Assembly: GCA_020697515.1 (NCBI GenBank)
Contig: JAIXNB010000041.1
Span: forward strand, 1-15,894
Direction: 5' to 3'
From: Nanobdellota archaeon
Lineage (GTDB): Archaea; Nanobdellota; Nanobdellia; Nanobdellales; Nanobdellaceae
Length of the DNA stretch: 15,894 nucleotides
Shown: positions 1 to 7,589 of the stretch, piece by piece
How the letters are laid out: each line of letters begins with the position of its first letter
Position numbering within the stretch: the stretch's first letter is position 1
Position numbers and translations under genes: made by a program
The notes under the pieces: model-generated
What the model was told of the DNA's origin: nothing
Databases searched by the model: none
The model's input: the letters and a program-made list of their open reading frames with translations, nothing else

Positions 1-379
1 TGTAGTATAAAAACTGCTCAAGCATTTGTATTTTTTGTAGTAGTATATCTATTTTTGAGTTTAATGCATCTATTTTCGATGCTAAAACCATTATTTGTTG
101 TTTCATCAGTTCTATATCATGAAAGGTGGTTTGTTGAGATTGTATCTGAGGTAGGTATGCTGTAGGCTGTAAAAACTGCTGTGTATTTGTAAATGTTTGT
201 AAAGGTTCTTTAGATGACAAGTATTCTGTAGAAAAATTAGGCGGACTTGGAGAACTCTGTTCTTGAAAGTTACCAGCGAGATGTGAGGTAGTTTCCAGAG
301 AAGAAATCCCCCCAAACTCCGAATCGATATCTAGCTCCTCTTTTCTTTTAAATATTTTTTTTAATAAATCTAGTACCAT
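1..379 (-). CDS. Hypothetical protein, N-terminal 126 codons (runs off the left edge): amphipathic basic N-terminus, Q/S/T/P-rich linker, coiled-coil segment
   Basis: Absent from the ORF track because no stop lies inside the window. I checked every minus-frame codon from ATG 379..377 down to base 2 and found no stop. An in-frame TAG lies 7 codons upstream (403..401). Translation: MVLDLLKKIFKRKEELDIDSEFGGISSLETTSHLAGNFQEQSSPSPPNFSTEYLSSKEPLQTFTNTQQFLQPTAYLPQIQSQQTTFHDIELMKQQIMVLASKIDALNSKIDILLQKIQMLEQFLYY. A TATA-like box sits about 22 nt upstream. No family recognised. Confidence 0.6.
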   Translation of the reverse strand, partial: MVLDLLKKIFKRKEELDIDSEFGGISSLETTSHLAGNFQEQSSPSPPNFSTEYLSSKEPLQTFTNTQQFLQPTAYLPQIQSQQTTFHDIELMKQQIMVLASKIDALNSKIDILLQKIQMLEQFLYY

Positions 380-400
380 AACAAAAATAGAATTGTCGAT

Positions 401-410
401 CTATAAAAAT
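401..410 (-). promoter_or_regulatory. TATA-like box (atttttatag on minus) for the 1..379 ORF
   Basis: A/T box in the 41-bp gap between the rps2 stop and ATG 379, about 22 nt from the ATG. The spacing fits a leaderless or near-leaderless archaeal mRNA. Confidence 0.4.
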
Positions 411-420
411 TGATAATAGT

Positions 421-1035
421 CTATATCTCTTCCTCTTCTTCCAGCTGTTCCATGAAATATTCATATCCTACATCCAATTCTGCCTTCTTAGGTATTATTC
501 CTCTATTTCTCAGATACTCTCTGGTAATTATATAATAAATGAGTGTCAGGGATCGAGCTCCTTTGTTGTTAGCAGGTATTGCAAGATCTATGTAGTTTAG
601 AGTGTTGTTGGAGTCTACGAGAGAAATTATTATCTTATTAGTCCTATATGCATCAAGTAGAGCATTTTTATCTAGGATAGGATCAGTAATCAGAACAACT
701 TCTACATCTTTAAAATCTTCCAAATTAGGGTTTGTTAATAGACCGGGAAGATATCTTCCAGGGTAGGCTAAAATTTTCGTATATTTATTCAAAACTTGTA
801 TTGGTCTTCTTGCAGTTTCTCTCCTGCCTACTACTAATATTTCGTTGGGTTCGTATCTAGCTAGTAATTTTGTGGCCAGTTTTAATCTCTCATCTGTCTT
901 TGTAATATCCAATATTGCCAACCCATCTTCTTTTATCTTTGCAATAAACTTTCTCATATCCTTCGTTTTTATCCTTGTTCCAACATGAACACCTGCTTTT
1001 ATGTATTCTTCAAGAGGAACTAACCATTCCATCAT
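421..1035 (-). CDS. rps2: 30S ribosomal protein uS2 (S2/SA)
   Basis: 204 aa. N-terminal LVPLEEYIKAGVHVGTRIKTKDMRKFI and central LVDSNNTLNYIDLAIPANNKG match the uS2 pattern. Acidic tail EEEEEI. TAG stop. Confidence 0.95.
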   Translation of the reverse strand: MMEWLVPLEEYIKAGVHVGTRIKTKDMRKFIAKIKEDGLAILDITKTDERLKLATKLLARYEPNEILVVGRRETARRPIQVLNKYTKILAYPGRYLPGLLTNPNLEDFKDVEVVLITDPILDKNALLDAYRTNKIIISLVDSNNTLNYIDLAIPANNKGARSLTLIYYIITREYLRNRGIIPKKAELDVGYEYFMEQLEEEEEI

Positions 1036-1098
1036 ACTATGATATCAAGAAACTTTTATAATAATTAATTAAATAAGGAAAAATAAACAGGAATTATG

Positions 1099-1860
1099 CT
1101 AAGATTTCTTCTTAGTACCAACTGTTGCTCCACCCTTTCCTCTTCCTGTTTTTCTAGAACCATAGTATCCATATTTGATAGGATATCCATGCTTTGGTAG
1201 AGGAACGACTTTTCCTTTATTTCTCTTATGCTTTCCACCAAATGGGTGATCTGCAGCGTTTTTTGCTACAGCAGAAACTATTGGCCATATTTTATGGTGG
1301 GCCCTTGTCCAATAATACCTGTTCCCTGCTTTTACAAATGGTTTTTCTTGCCTTCCTCCTCCGGCAACTACTCCAATCATTGCTCTAGACAATGGGTGGA
1401 TCTTTTTGGTTTGACCAGAAGGCAGCTTTACTATGACAAATTTTTCAGTCTTCTGTAAAACGATTCCATAAGTTCCAGAAGATCTTACTAATTTTCCACG
1501 ATCACCAGGTCTTAGTTCGATCATACACACTCTGGTTCCTTCCGGAATAAACTTTAACGGAAGCACATTACCAATTTCTACTGGAGCTGCAGCACCGGCG
1601 TATACATCTTTTCCAACATATATACCTTCCACAGCCGGAAGAAGAACTTCTTCTCCTGTTTCGTACTTTATTCTCATTAATGGTGAATAGTGTGCAGAAT
1701 CCTTTAGTATTTCTACAACTTTACCTTTTACAACACTATCAGTTTCTCTAGCATCCAATGATCTAAACTCTACTTTCCCTGCAGAAAGATGTCCGGGTAT
1801 CACATATAAAGGTGATTTACCTTTACCTCTCCTTTGTTGTATTAGAGTGTTCCCAACCAT
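1099..1860 (-). CDS. rpl2: 50S ribosomal protein uL2
   Basis: 253 aa. IELRPGDRGKLVRSSGTYG and ADHPFGGKHKRNKGK are characteristic uL2 segments. The start lies 1 nt after the rpl23 stop. Confidence 0.97.
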   Translation of the reverse strand: MVGNTLIQQRRGKGKSPLYVIPGHLSAGKVEFRSLDARETDSVVKGKVVEILKDSAHYSPLMRIKYETGEEVLLPAVEGIYVGKDVYAGAAAPVEIGNVLPLKFIPEGTRVCMIELRPGDRGKLVRSSGTYGIVLQKTEKFVIVKLPSGQTKKIHPLSRAMIGVVAGGGRQEKPFVKAGNRYYWTRAHHKIWPIVSAVAKNAADHPFGGKHKRNKGKVVPLPKHGYPIKYGYYGSRKTGRGKGGATVGTKKKS

Positions 1861-1861
1861 T

Positions 1862-2122
1862 TTATAATAAACCTAATTTAGAAAGTATATCTGAGGCCTT
1901 ATATTCCTTTTTCAGTTTGAGATATGCTTTCTTTCTTCCATCTGGCAGGATCAAAGTATTAACTTTCTCTACCTTTACATTGAACAACTTCTCAAACGCT
2001 TCTTTGATTTGAGTCTTATTCGCGTTTCTGTGAACAGTGAATACTACTTTATTTTCCCTTTCAAGCATTCTTATAGCTTTCTCAGATAAAATTGGATACT
2101 GGAGTATATCTTTAACATCCAT
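1862..2122 (-). CDS. rpl23: 50S ribosomal protein uL23
   Basis: 86 aa. ILQYPILSEKAIRMLERENKVVFTV...NKTQIKEAFEKLFNVKVEKVNTL is typical uL23. The gene sits between rpl4 and rpl2 as in the conserved cluster. Confidence 0.9.
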   Translation of the reverse strand: MDVKDILQYPILSEKAIRMLERENKVVFTVHRNANKTQIKEAFEKLFNVKVEKVNTLILPDGRKKAYLKLKKEYKASDILSKLGLL

Positions 2123-2207
2123 ATAGTTTTTACCTTAAATATATTTTAAAAAGTTAATTTTTATTGGTGGTATGCCCAAGAGCTGTGATAATAATGGAGA
2201 TAAAAAT

Positions 2208-3038
2208 CTAAATAAACAAATCTTCCAAGTTTTTAATCGCGCTTTCAGTCCATATTGTAAACCTCCCTGGCTTAGCACCTGGAGCAAGTATTTCCGCATT
2301 TAGCTTATTTACAGGAACGATCTCTATCTCCTCTAACGAAATTTTATTTATTGGAGAATTTGCATCTCCAACAATCAAAAGCAACCCTCGATTCATTTTA
2401 ACTCTTCTACCTCTTCTTTTACCTTTACCCGCCCTCTGTCTCCGAGTCTCTTTAACATACTTTATAAAATCGTAAACACCGAAATTTCTCAGGATATCTT
2501 TTAATTGCTTTGTTCTTGAAAATTTTTCAATAGAAGATTCTAACACAATCGGGAGGCCAAATCTGTCAATAATTGGCTTTAATATCTCAGAAACTCTTTC
2601 GTACCTAGCTAGTACGAAATATGGATTAGCTGTAGCAGCAATTGCAGATCTTATAGCTTTCCTTCTTTCTTTTTTGTTTATCTTCTCATACCAATATTTT
2701 TCAGGTTTTGGTGGATGAGCCTTTCTACCTTTAACAGCATTTGGTACCACTCTAGCTACCCATACAAACATTCCCCCATTTTTAACCAATATTGCTCTTG
2801 GAACTCTGGAAATGCCCCTACCATATGATGTTCTGTATGATCTTCTTCTTTTAGATGTCCATGCAGCTGCTTCTAATCCAGCATATTTATAGGAACCGTA
2901 AGGTTGTCTTTTATGGGAATATATGGCTAAAACAGCCTTCTTAATTAAATCCGGCCTAATTTCCTCCTCAAAATGTACTGGTAATTTTATTTCTTTTATT
3001 TTTTTCCCTTGAGTATTATAAACGTTGGCATACATCAT
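2208..3038 (-). CDS. rpl4: 50S ribosomal protein uL4 (L4/L1e)
   Basis: 276 aa. The YRTSYGRGISRVPR loop and overall archaeal L4 layout are present, and the gene is upstream of rpl23-rpl2. The start could be either of the two leading ATGs (3038 or 3035). Confidence 0.93.
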   Translation of the reverse strand: MMYANVYNTQGKKIKEIKLPVHFEEEIRPDLIKKAVLAIYSHKRQPYGSYKYAGLEAAAWTSKRRRSYRTSYGRGISRVPRAILVKNGGMFVWVARVVPNAVKGRKAHPPKPEKYWYEKINKKERRKAIRSAIAATANPYFVLARYERVSEILKPIIDRFGLPIVLESSIEKFSRTKQLKDILRNFGVYDFIKYVKETRRQRAGKGKRRGRRVKMNRGLLLIVGDANSPINKISLEEIEIVPVNKLNAEILAPGAKPGRFTIWTESAIKNLEDLFI

Positions 3039-3307
3039 TTTTTAAAATAATTAAACCCTTTTAAAAATTATGCTATTGAAAAGGTATTCTATGTATAAAA
3101 AGCTTATTCTACCGTTTTCTTGAAGATGTTATCTTTATATATCGTTTTAACATGTTAAGATCTTTTATAATTATTATCTAAATAAACTGCTACTGCAGAT
3201 TAGGATAAACAGGAGTTATACATAAATTATTAAAAATGACTTTTACAAAAACGTGAAAAATAGAAATGTACTTATGCGCCATTAAATTTAAATATTAGCC
3301 TTAAGAG

Positions 3308-3330
3308 CATAATAAAAATAAAAGAACAAA
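3308..3330 (-). terminator. Oligo-T tract downstream of leuS
   Basis: The minus strand right after the leuS TAA reads gatttgttcttttatttttattatg. T-runs are the usual archaeal termination signal. Confidence 0.3.
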
Positions 3331-3332
3331 TC

Positions 3333-6203
3333 TTATTGTAATATTATTGCTGGTTTTCCTGGCAGAGCATTTGCAGCCTTCTGTTCTTTACTTTCTTCCT
3401 CTATTTCAATTATTATTTTTGCGTTAAACTCCTCTTCCAGCTTTGGTTTGATATTTTCCAATATTTCCATCTCCCATTCTCGTCTAAGATAAATATTCAG
3501 CAATCCTGGATCCTTGAATATTTTTTGAGATAATTTTACAACATCTCCCCCGAATTCCTCTATTAGTCTCTTAGTAAGTTCTTTTAGTCCATAAGCAGAC
3601 ACAATCTCTTTTGCTTTATCAAATATTTCGTATTTTTTTTCACTGGCTATTATTATTTTTATGTTATTATACTTCTTACCTTTTCTTTTTAATAATTCTA
3701 CAACACGTATAATGTCATTCCTCAAATTCTCTATGAATGGTCGTATCTTAGCAATTTCTTGATCATATTCTTTTATCTCGGGCCATGATGGTTTTATCGC
3801 GAAATCTCTACCTTTAATTTTTTCTAGTATCTCGGAGGCAATGTGAGGTGCTATCGGATATAGAATTAACGTCCGGAACTCGATGTACTTGTTTAATATA
3901 TTTTTAGATGGTTCCGTAAACCGTATATAAAATCTATATGCATTTTCCAACTCATACCATCCTTTAACTAATACATTTTTAAAGTTCATATTTTCGTATT
4001 CTTTTTCAACCTCTAATAGAATGTTATATATATAATTCTCAAACCACTTATCTAATAAGGTTTCTTTTTCTGTACCTTTATTATAATTTTCTATAGCAAA
4101 TCTATACCACTCTTCTAACTCTCTTTTAACTTCTTCAACCCTACTAAACTCTATGTTGGCGTCATCTAATCCCGAATTTCCCGCATAAGCTAGTAAAAAT
4201 CTAATAGCATCTATAGATTGTTTAGCTACATCTAACATTAGTATTATATTTCCCAGAGACTTAGACATTTTTTTCCCATCCCTTAGCACCCATCCATTAA
4301 TTGCAATTGCTCTTGGCCAAAGTTTTTTTGGAAATATTGCTACATGATGGAATATGTAAAATGTTAAATGGTTCTGGATCAAATCTTTACCAGAAGTCCT
4401 CAAGTCTACAGGATACCAATATAAAAATTCTCTCCTCATCTTTTTTACAACCTCTCCATATTTTTCTGTTAATTCCTTTTCATCTCCTATTCCTAAGAAG
4501 ATATAATCAAATAAATCATCTTCTATCTTCTCTGGGGGAATTTGCTTAATTATGTGGGCTATTGTATAAAAAGCCATATAGATTGTAGAATCTGATAAAG
4601 ATTCTATAGTCCATTCTGGATCCCATGGTAATGGAGTTCCCAACTCCTTTTTATGAGTACAAGCCCAATCTCTTAACCAGTTTATTGTATGGTGTAGTAT
4701 CTTCCTTATATCTTCTGGAATGAATTTCATTTGGTCCACGCATTCATGTGCTAGTTTTTTCCATTCAGGATCAGAATATTTAATGAACCACTGATCTTTA
4801 ACAATCTTAACAATGCATACCCCACCATACCTAGACTTGAATCTAATCGGAAGTGTATAATATTTTATTGCAATCTTCTTATTACATAATTCTTTTGCTA
4901 ATTCATCTTTTACTTCATAAATTTTCTTGCCAGCGAATTTCCCGTAAATATCTTTTAAAACTCCATTGTAGAACTCTTTTGAATATATTTCTTGTGTAGC
5001 TTTCTCTAATTTTTCTTTTTCATCCTGAGATCTTATATTCATTTTTTCTATAATAGTTTTCGCCGGTAACACATCAAACTCGGGCACTACGAATAGAGAT
5101 TTTATTGATTTTAATGCTTTTTCAGCAAGGTCTTTAAATTCTGAGAAGTGTTCACCCTGTATAATATCCCTTAGAGCGATATAGTCGTATGGCGCATGAG
5201 CAGGAACAGACATTACAATCCCTGTTCCTACCTCCGGATCAACGAATTTTGCAGGTAATATTGGAACTTTTTCTTTTGTTACTGGATTTTCAGCAAACTC
5301 TCCTAGGATCGCTTTAGGGTCTATATCCTCCAATATCTCAACTTCAAAACCCTGATTTTTTATCTCCTCTATTATTATTGTTTTGGGTAGAATCCAATAT
5401 TCATTATTTACTTTAGCTAGTGTATACTCTGATTCAGGATTAATCCATATATTTGTAACACCATAAACAGTTTCCGGTCTCAAAGTAAAGCAAGGTAATA
5501 CAAGGATTCTTATTTTATTTTCGCCATCGAAACTTTTTAACCTTTCTAAAACTTTCGGAGAGTATAGATGGAATTTTATTATGTAACCTTCCACTGGACC
5601 TATCCCTGCGTATTCATCTGCTCTATCGTGATCCCCAATAACCGCATTTACTTTGGGATCCCATACAACTGGATGTTTCCCTTTAGTTACTAGTCCTTTC
5701 TCTTTAAGCTTCCTATATTGCCACTCTATAAATTTGTTGTACCATGGATGTAAATAGGATGTATAGAACTCTCTCCTCCAATCAATGGAAAACCCAAACT
5801 TCTTAAAAGCTTCTCTATTTTTTTCAATAAAATATAGAGCCCATCCTTCTGGAGTCTTTAATTTTTCCCAATCTTCCTTTGGTATCTTTTGTATCTTAAG
5901 ATCTTTTAGTATCTTGGGATCTCCTTCTCTTAACCTTAAAGAATTAGCAACTATTGGAGCACCGGTTATGTGCCATCCTTGAGGCCATAGAACATTAAAT
6001 CCCTTCAATCTCTTGAATCTTGCAATGAAATCTCCTCTTCCAAAGGTATATGCAGAACCTAAATGTAATAGACCACTCATATATGGGTAAGGAACTGTTA
6101 AGAAGAATTTTGGCTTAGATTCATCTATCTCTGGCTCAAAAATCTTTTTCTCATCCCATATTCTTTGCCACTTATTTTCTATCTCTTTGAAAAAGTCACC
6201 CAT
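3333..6203 (-). CDS. leuS: Leucyl-tRNA synthetase (archaeal type)
   Basis: 956 aa. PYPYMSGLLHLGS (HIGH region, here HLGS), GWHITGAPIV, CP1 editing motif TLRPETVYGVTNIWINP and KMSKSLGN are all present. Length is typical for archaeal LeuRS. Confidence 0.97.
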   Translation of the reverse strand: MGDFFKEIENKWQRIWDEKKIFEPEIDESKPKFFLTVPYPYMSGLLHLGSAYTFGRGDFIARFKRLKGFNVLWPQGWHITGAPIVANSLRLREGDPKILKDLKIQKIPKEDWEKLKTPEGWALYFIEKNREAFKKFGFSIDWRREFYTSYLHPWYNKFIEWQYRKLKEKGLVTKGKHPVVWDPKVNAVIGDHDRADEYAGIGPVEGYIIKFHLYSPKVLERLKSFDGENKIRILVLPCFTLRPETVYGVTNIWINPESEYTLAKVNNEYWILPKTIIIEEIKNQGFEVEILEDIDPKAILGEFAENPVTKEKVPILPAKFVDPEVGTGIVMSVPAHAPYDYIALRDIIQGEHFSEFKDLAEKALKSIKSLFVVPEFDVLPAKTIIEKMNIRSQDEKEKLEKATQEIYSKEFYNGVLKDIYGKFAGKKIYEVKDELAKELCNKKIAIKYYTLPIRFKSRYGGVCIVKIVKDQWFIKYSDPEWKKLAHECVDQMKFIPEDIRKILHHTINWLRDWACTHKKELGTPLPWDPEWTIESLSDSTIYMAFYTIAHIIKQIPPEKIEDDLFDYIFLGIGDEKELTEKYGEVVKKMRREFLYWYPVDLRTSGKDLIQNHLTFYIFHHVAIFPKKLWPRAIAINGWVLRDGKKMSKSLGNIILMLDVAKQSIDAIRFLLAYAGNSGLDDANIEFSRVEEVKRELEEWYRFAIENYNKGTEKETLLDKWFENYIYNILLEVEKEYENMNFKNVLVKGWYELENAYRFYIRFTEPSKNILNKYIEFRTLILYPIAPHIASEILEKIKGRDFAIKPSWPEIKEYDQEIAKIRPFIENLRNDIIRVVELLKRKGKKYNNIKIIIASEKKYEIFDKAKEIVSAYGLKELTKRLIEEFGGDVVKLSQKIFKDPGLLNIYLRREWEMEILENIKPKLEEEFNAKIIIEIEEESKEQKAANALPGKPAIILQ

Positions 6204-6502
6204 TTAAGGAATTTACTACTTTTATGGTTTTAAGTATTATTTTTGATAGTTGAGCATAGAAAGTGTAATTACCTAGTACTTTCATTACATATCTTCTTTT
6301 GGTCACTTTTCACCCTTTTTCAACCAATCTACTAGTAGCCATATTGGTAAACATTCTTGTCTTTTTATTTTATTTAAAAAGCGTTTAATCACTTAACTAT
6401 CCAAACTTCCATTTAGGGTACATTCTATGTTTTCAGCGCTTTATTCGTAGTAGAACCTATAGTTTTGGAAATATCTATGCTGCTCTCTATACACTGGTAG
6501 TT

Positions 6503-6513
6503 TTCTTTTAAAG
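6503..6513 (+). promoter_or_regulatory. TATA-like box (ttcttttaaag) for rps3ae
   Basis: A/T box ending 22 nt upstream of ATG 6535. No SD-like sequence follows it. Confidence 0.4.
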
Positions 6514-6534
6514 TTTTTCCGGTAGAATTAAAAA

Positions 6535-7143
6535 ATGGGATATAACAAGAAATACGCAGATTGGGGTAAAAAAATATGGTTTGAGATAGTTGCTCCTCAA
6601 AAGATATTTAATGAGATCATAGTAGGAGAGACGCCGGCATATAAACCAGAGCAGATTGTAGGAAGGACAGTAGATCTCAATTTGGCATTCTTAACAGGTA
6701 ACTTTAGATATCAGAATATGAAAGTAATTTTTCAAATATATAAAGTTAGCGGATTACGAGCTTATACTCAAATAAAGGAACTTGCATTATATGATGCATA
6801 TGTAAGACGTATTGTAAGAAAAGGTACCTCCAGAATAGATGATTCATTTGTGGTAGAAACAAAGGATGGTATTAAAGTTAGGGTAAAACCTATGGTAATC
6901 ACTAGGTATAGAGCTCATAGAAGACAAAAATCTGCAATAAGGAAGGTCTTTAGGGAGTATCTAATTAACAAAATAAAGGAATTGGACTATGAAGATTTAA
7001 TAGAAAAAGTGATAAATAAAGAATTACAGAATGAAATTACTCCAACATTAAATAAAATCTTTCCTGTACAACATGTTGAAATAAGAAAAATAGTAAGGGA
7101 AACTCCTATAATCCAGCGAGAAGAGGCACTATTAAGAGCTTAA
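6535..7143 (+). CDS. rps3ae: 30S ribosomal protein eS1 (S3Ae)
   Basis: 202 aa. KKIWFEIVAPQKIFNE..IGETPAYKPEQIVGRTVDLNLAFLTGNF matches the S3Ae N-terminal signature. Confidence 0.93.
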   Translation: MGYNKKYADWGKKIWFEIVAPQKIFNEIIVGETPAYKPEQIVGRTVDLNLAFLTGNFRYQNMKVIFQIYKVSGLRAYTQIKELALYDAYVRRIVRKGTSRIDDSFVVETKDGIKVRVKPMVITRYRAHRRQKSAIRKVFREYLINKIKELDYEDLIEKVINKELQNEITPTLNKIFPVQHVEIRKIVRETPIIQREEALLRA

Positions 7144-7148
7144 TCAAT

Positions 7149-7568
7149 TTGTACTTCGTTTTTTATAAATTAAAAGATATAGAGAATATTAAGGAGATTT
7201 TGCAAATTGCTAAATCACTAAGTCTTAAAGTTATTATAATACCTAGAGATGATGCGAGTATAGACTACAAACAGTTAAATAACATTTACAAATTTGAAGT
7301 TATGAATTTCAATACGTTTTTTAATACATTCAAAGATAAAAAAGTAGCGTTTATAGAAACCTATGGAAATAAATTTGTGAGTGAGGTAGATCTCAGCCAA
7401 TTTGATGTCTTAGTCTTTGGCGCTGAAGACTTTGGGATAGATCTATGTGATATAAGAAAGTTTAGGAGTAGAGAGATACTAAAGATACCTATCTTAAAGG
7501 ATAGCTATAATGTTGTGTCATCATTTGTTATGGTGTTAACAGAATTGAATATCCAAAATATTTTGTAA
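7149..7568 (+). CDS. Minimal SPOUT (SpoU/TrmH-type) RNA 2'-O-methyltransferase, TTG start
   Basis: 139 aa. Motif 2-like VLVFGAEDFGI and motif 3-like IPILKDSYNVVSSFVMVLTEL (trefoil-knot region) are present, plus N-terminal IENIKEILQIAKSLSLKVIII. The only plausible start is TTG 7149, 5 nt after the rps3ae stop. Substrate unknown. Confidence 0.6.
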   Translation: MYFVFYKLKDIENIKEILQIAKSLSLKVIIIPRDDASIDYKQLNNIYKFEVMNFNTFFNTFKDKKVAFIETYGNKFVSEVDLSQFDVLVFGAEDFGIDLCDIRKFRSREILKIPILKDSYNVVSSFVMVLTELNIQNIL

Positions 7569-7589
7569 GTAAATCTCAAATTTATATTT

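Noticed and set aside
112-315. Track ORF of 67 aa on the minus strand
   Set aside because: It lies out of frame inside the longer promoter-preceded open frame 1..379. Its sequence (MGGFLLWKLPHISLVTFKNRVLQVRLIF...) looks like a frame-shifted shadow.
1194-2012. Plus-strand track ORFs 1194..1388, 1228..1458 and 1812..2012
   Set aside because: They are antisense to well-supported rpl2 and rpl23. Their L/F/S-rich composition is typical of reverse-strand shadows.
4301-5982. Plus-strand track ORFs 4301..4549 and 5785..5982
   Set aside because: They are antisense inside leuS and have no recognisable motifs.
6172-6285. 37-codon minus-strand ORF overlapping the leuS start (MKVLGNYTFYAQLSKIILKTIKVVNSLNGVTFQRDRK)
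   Set aside because: It matches no small-protein family I recognise, and its overlap with the leuS start and promoter region makes it more likely fortuitous.
7518-7524. AATGATGA on the minus strand inside the SPOUT CDS
   Set aside because: The nearest CTGA on that strand is about 120 nt away, and no D' follows the 12-nt spacer. It is a chance C-box-like heptamer.
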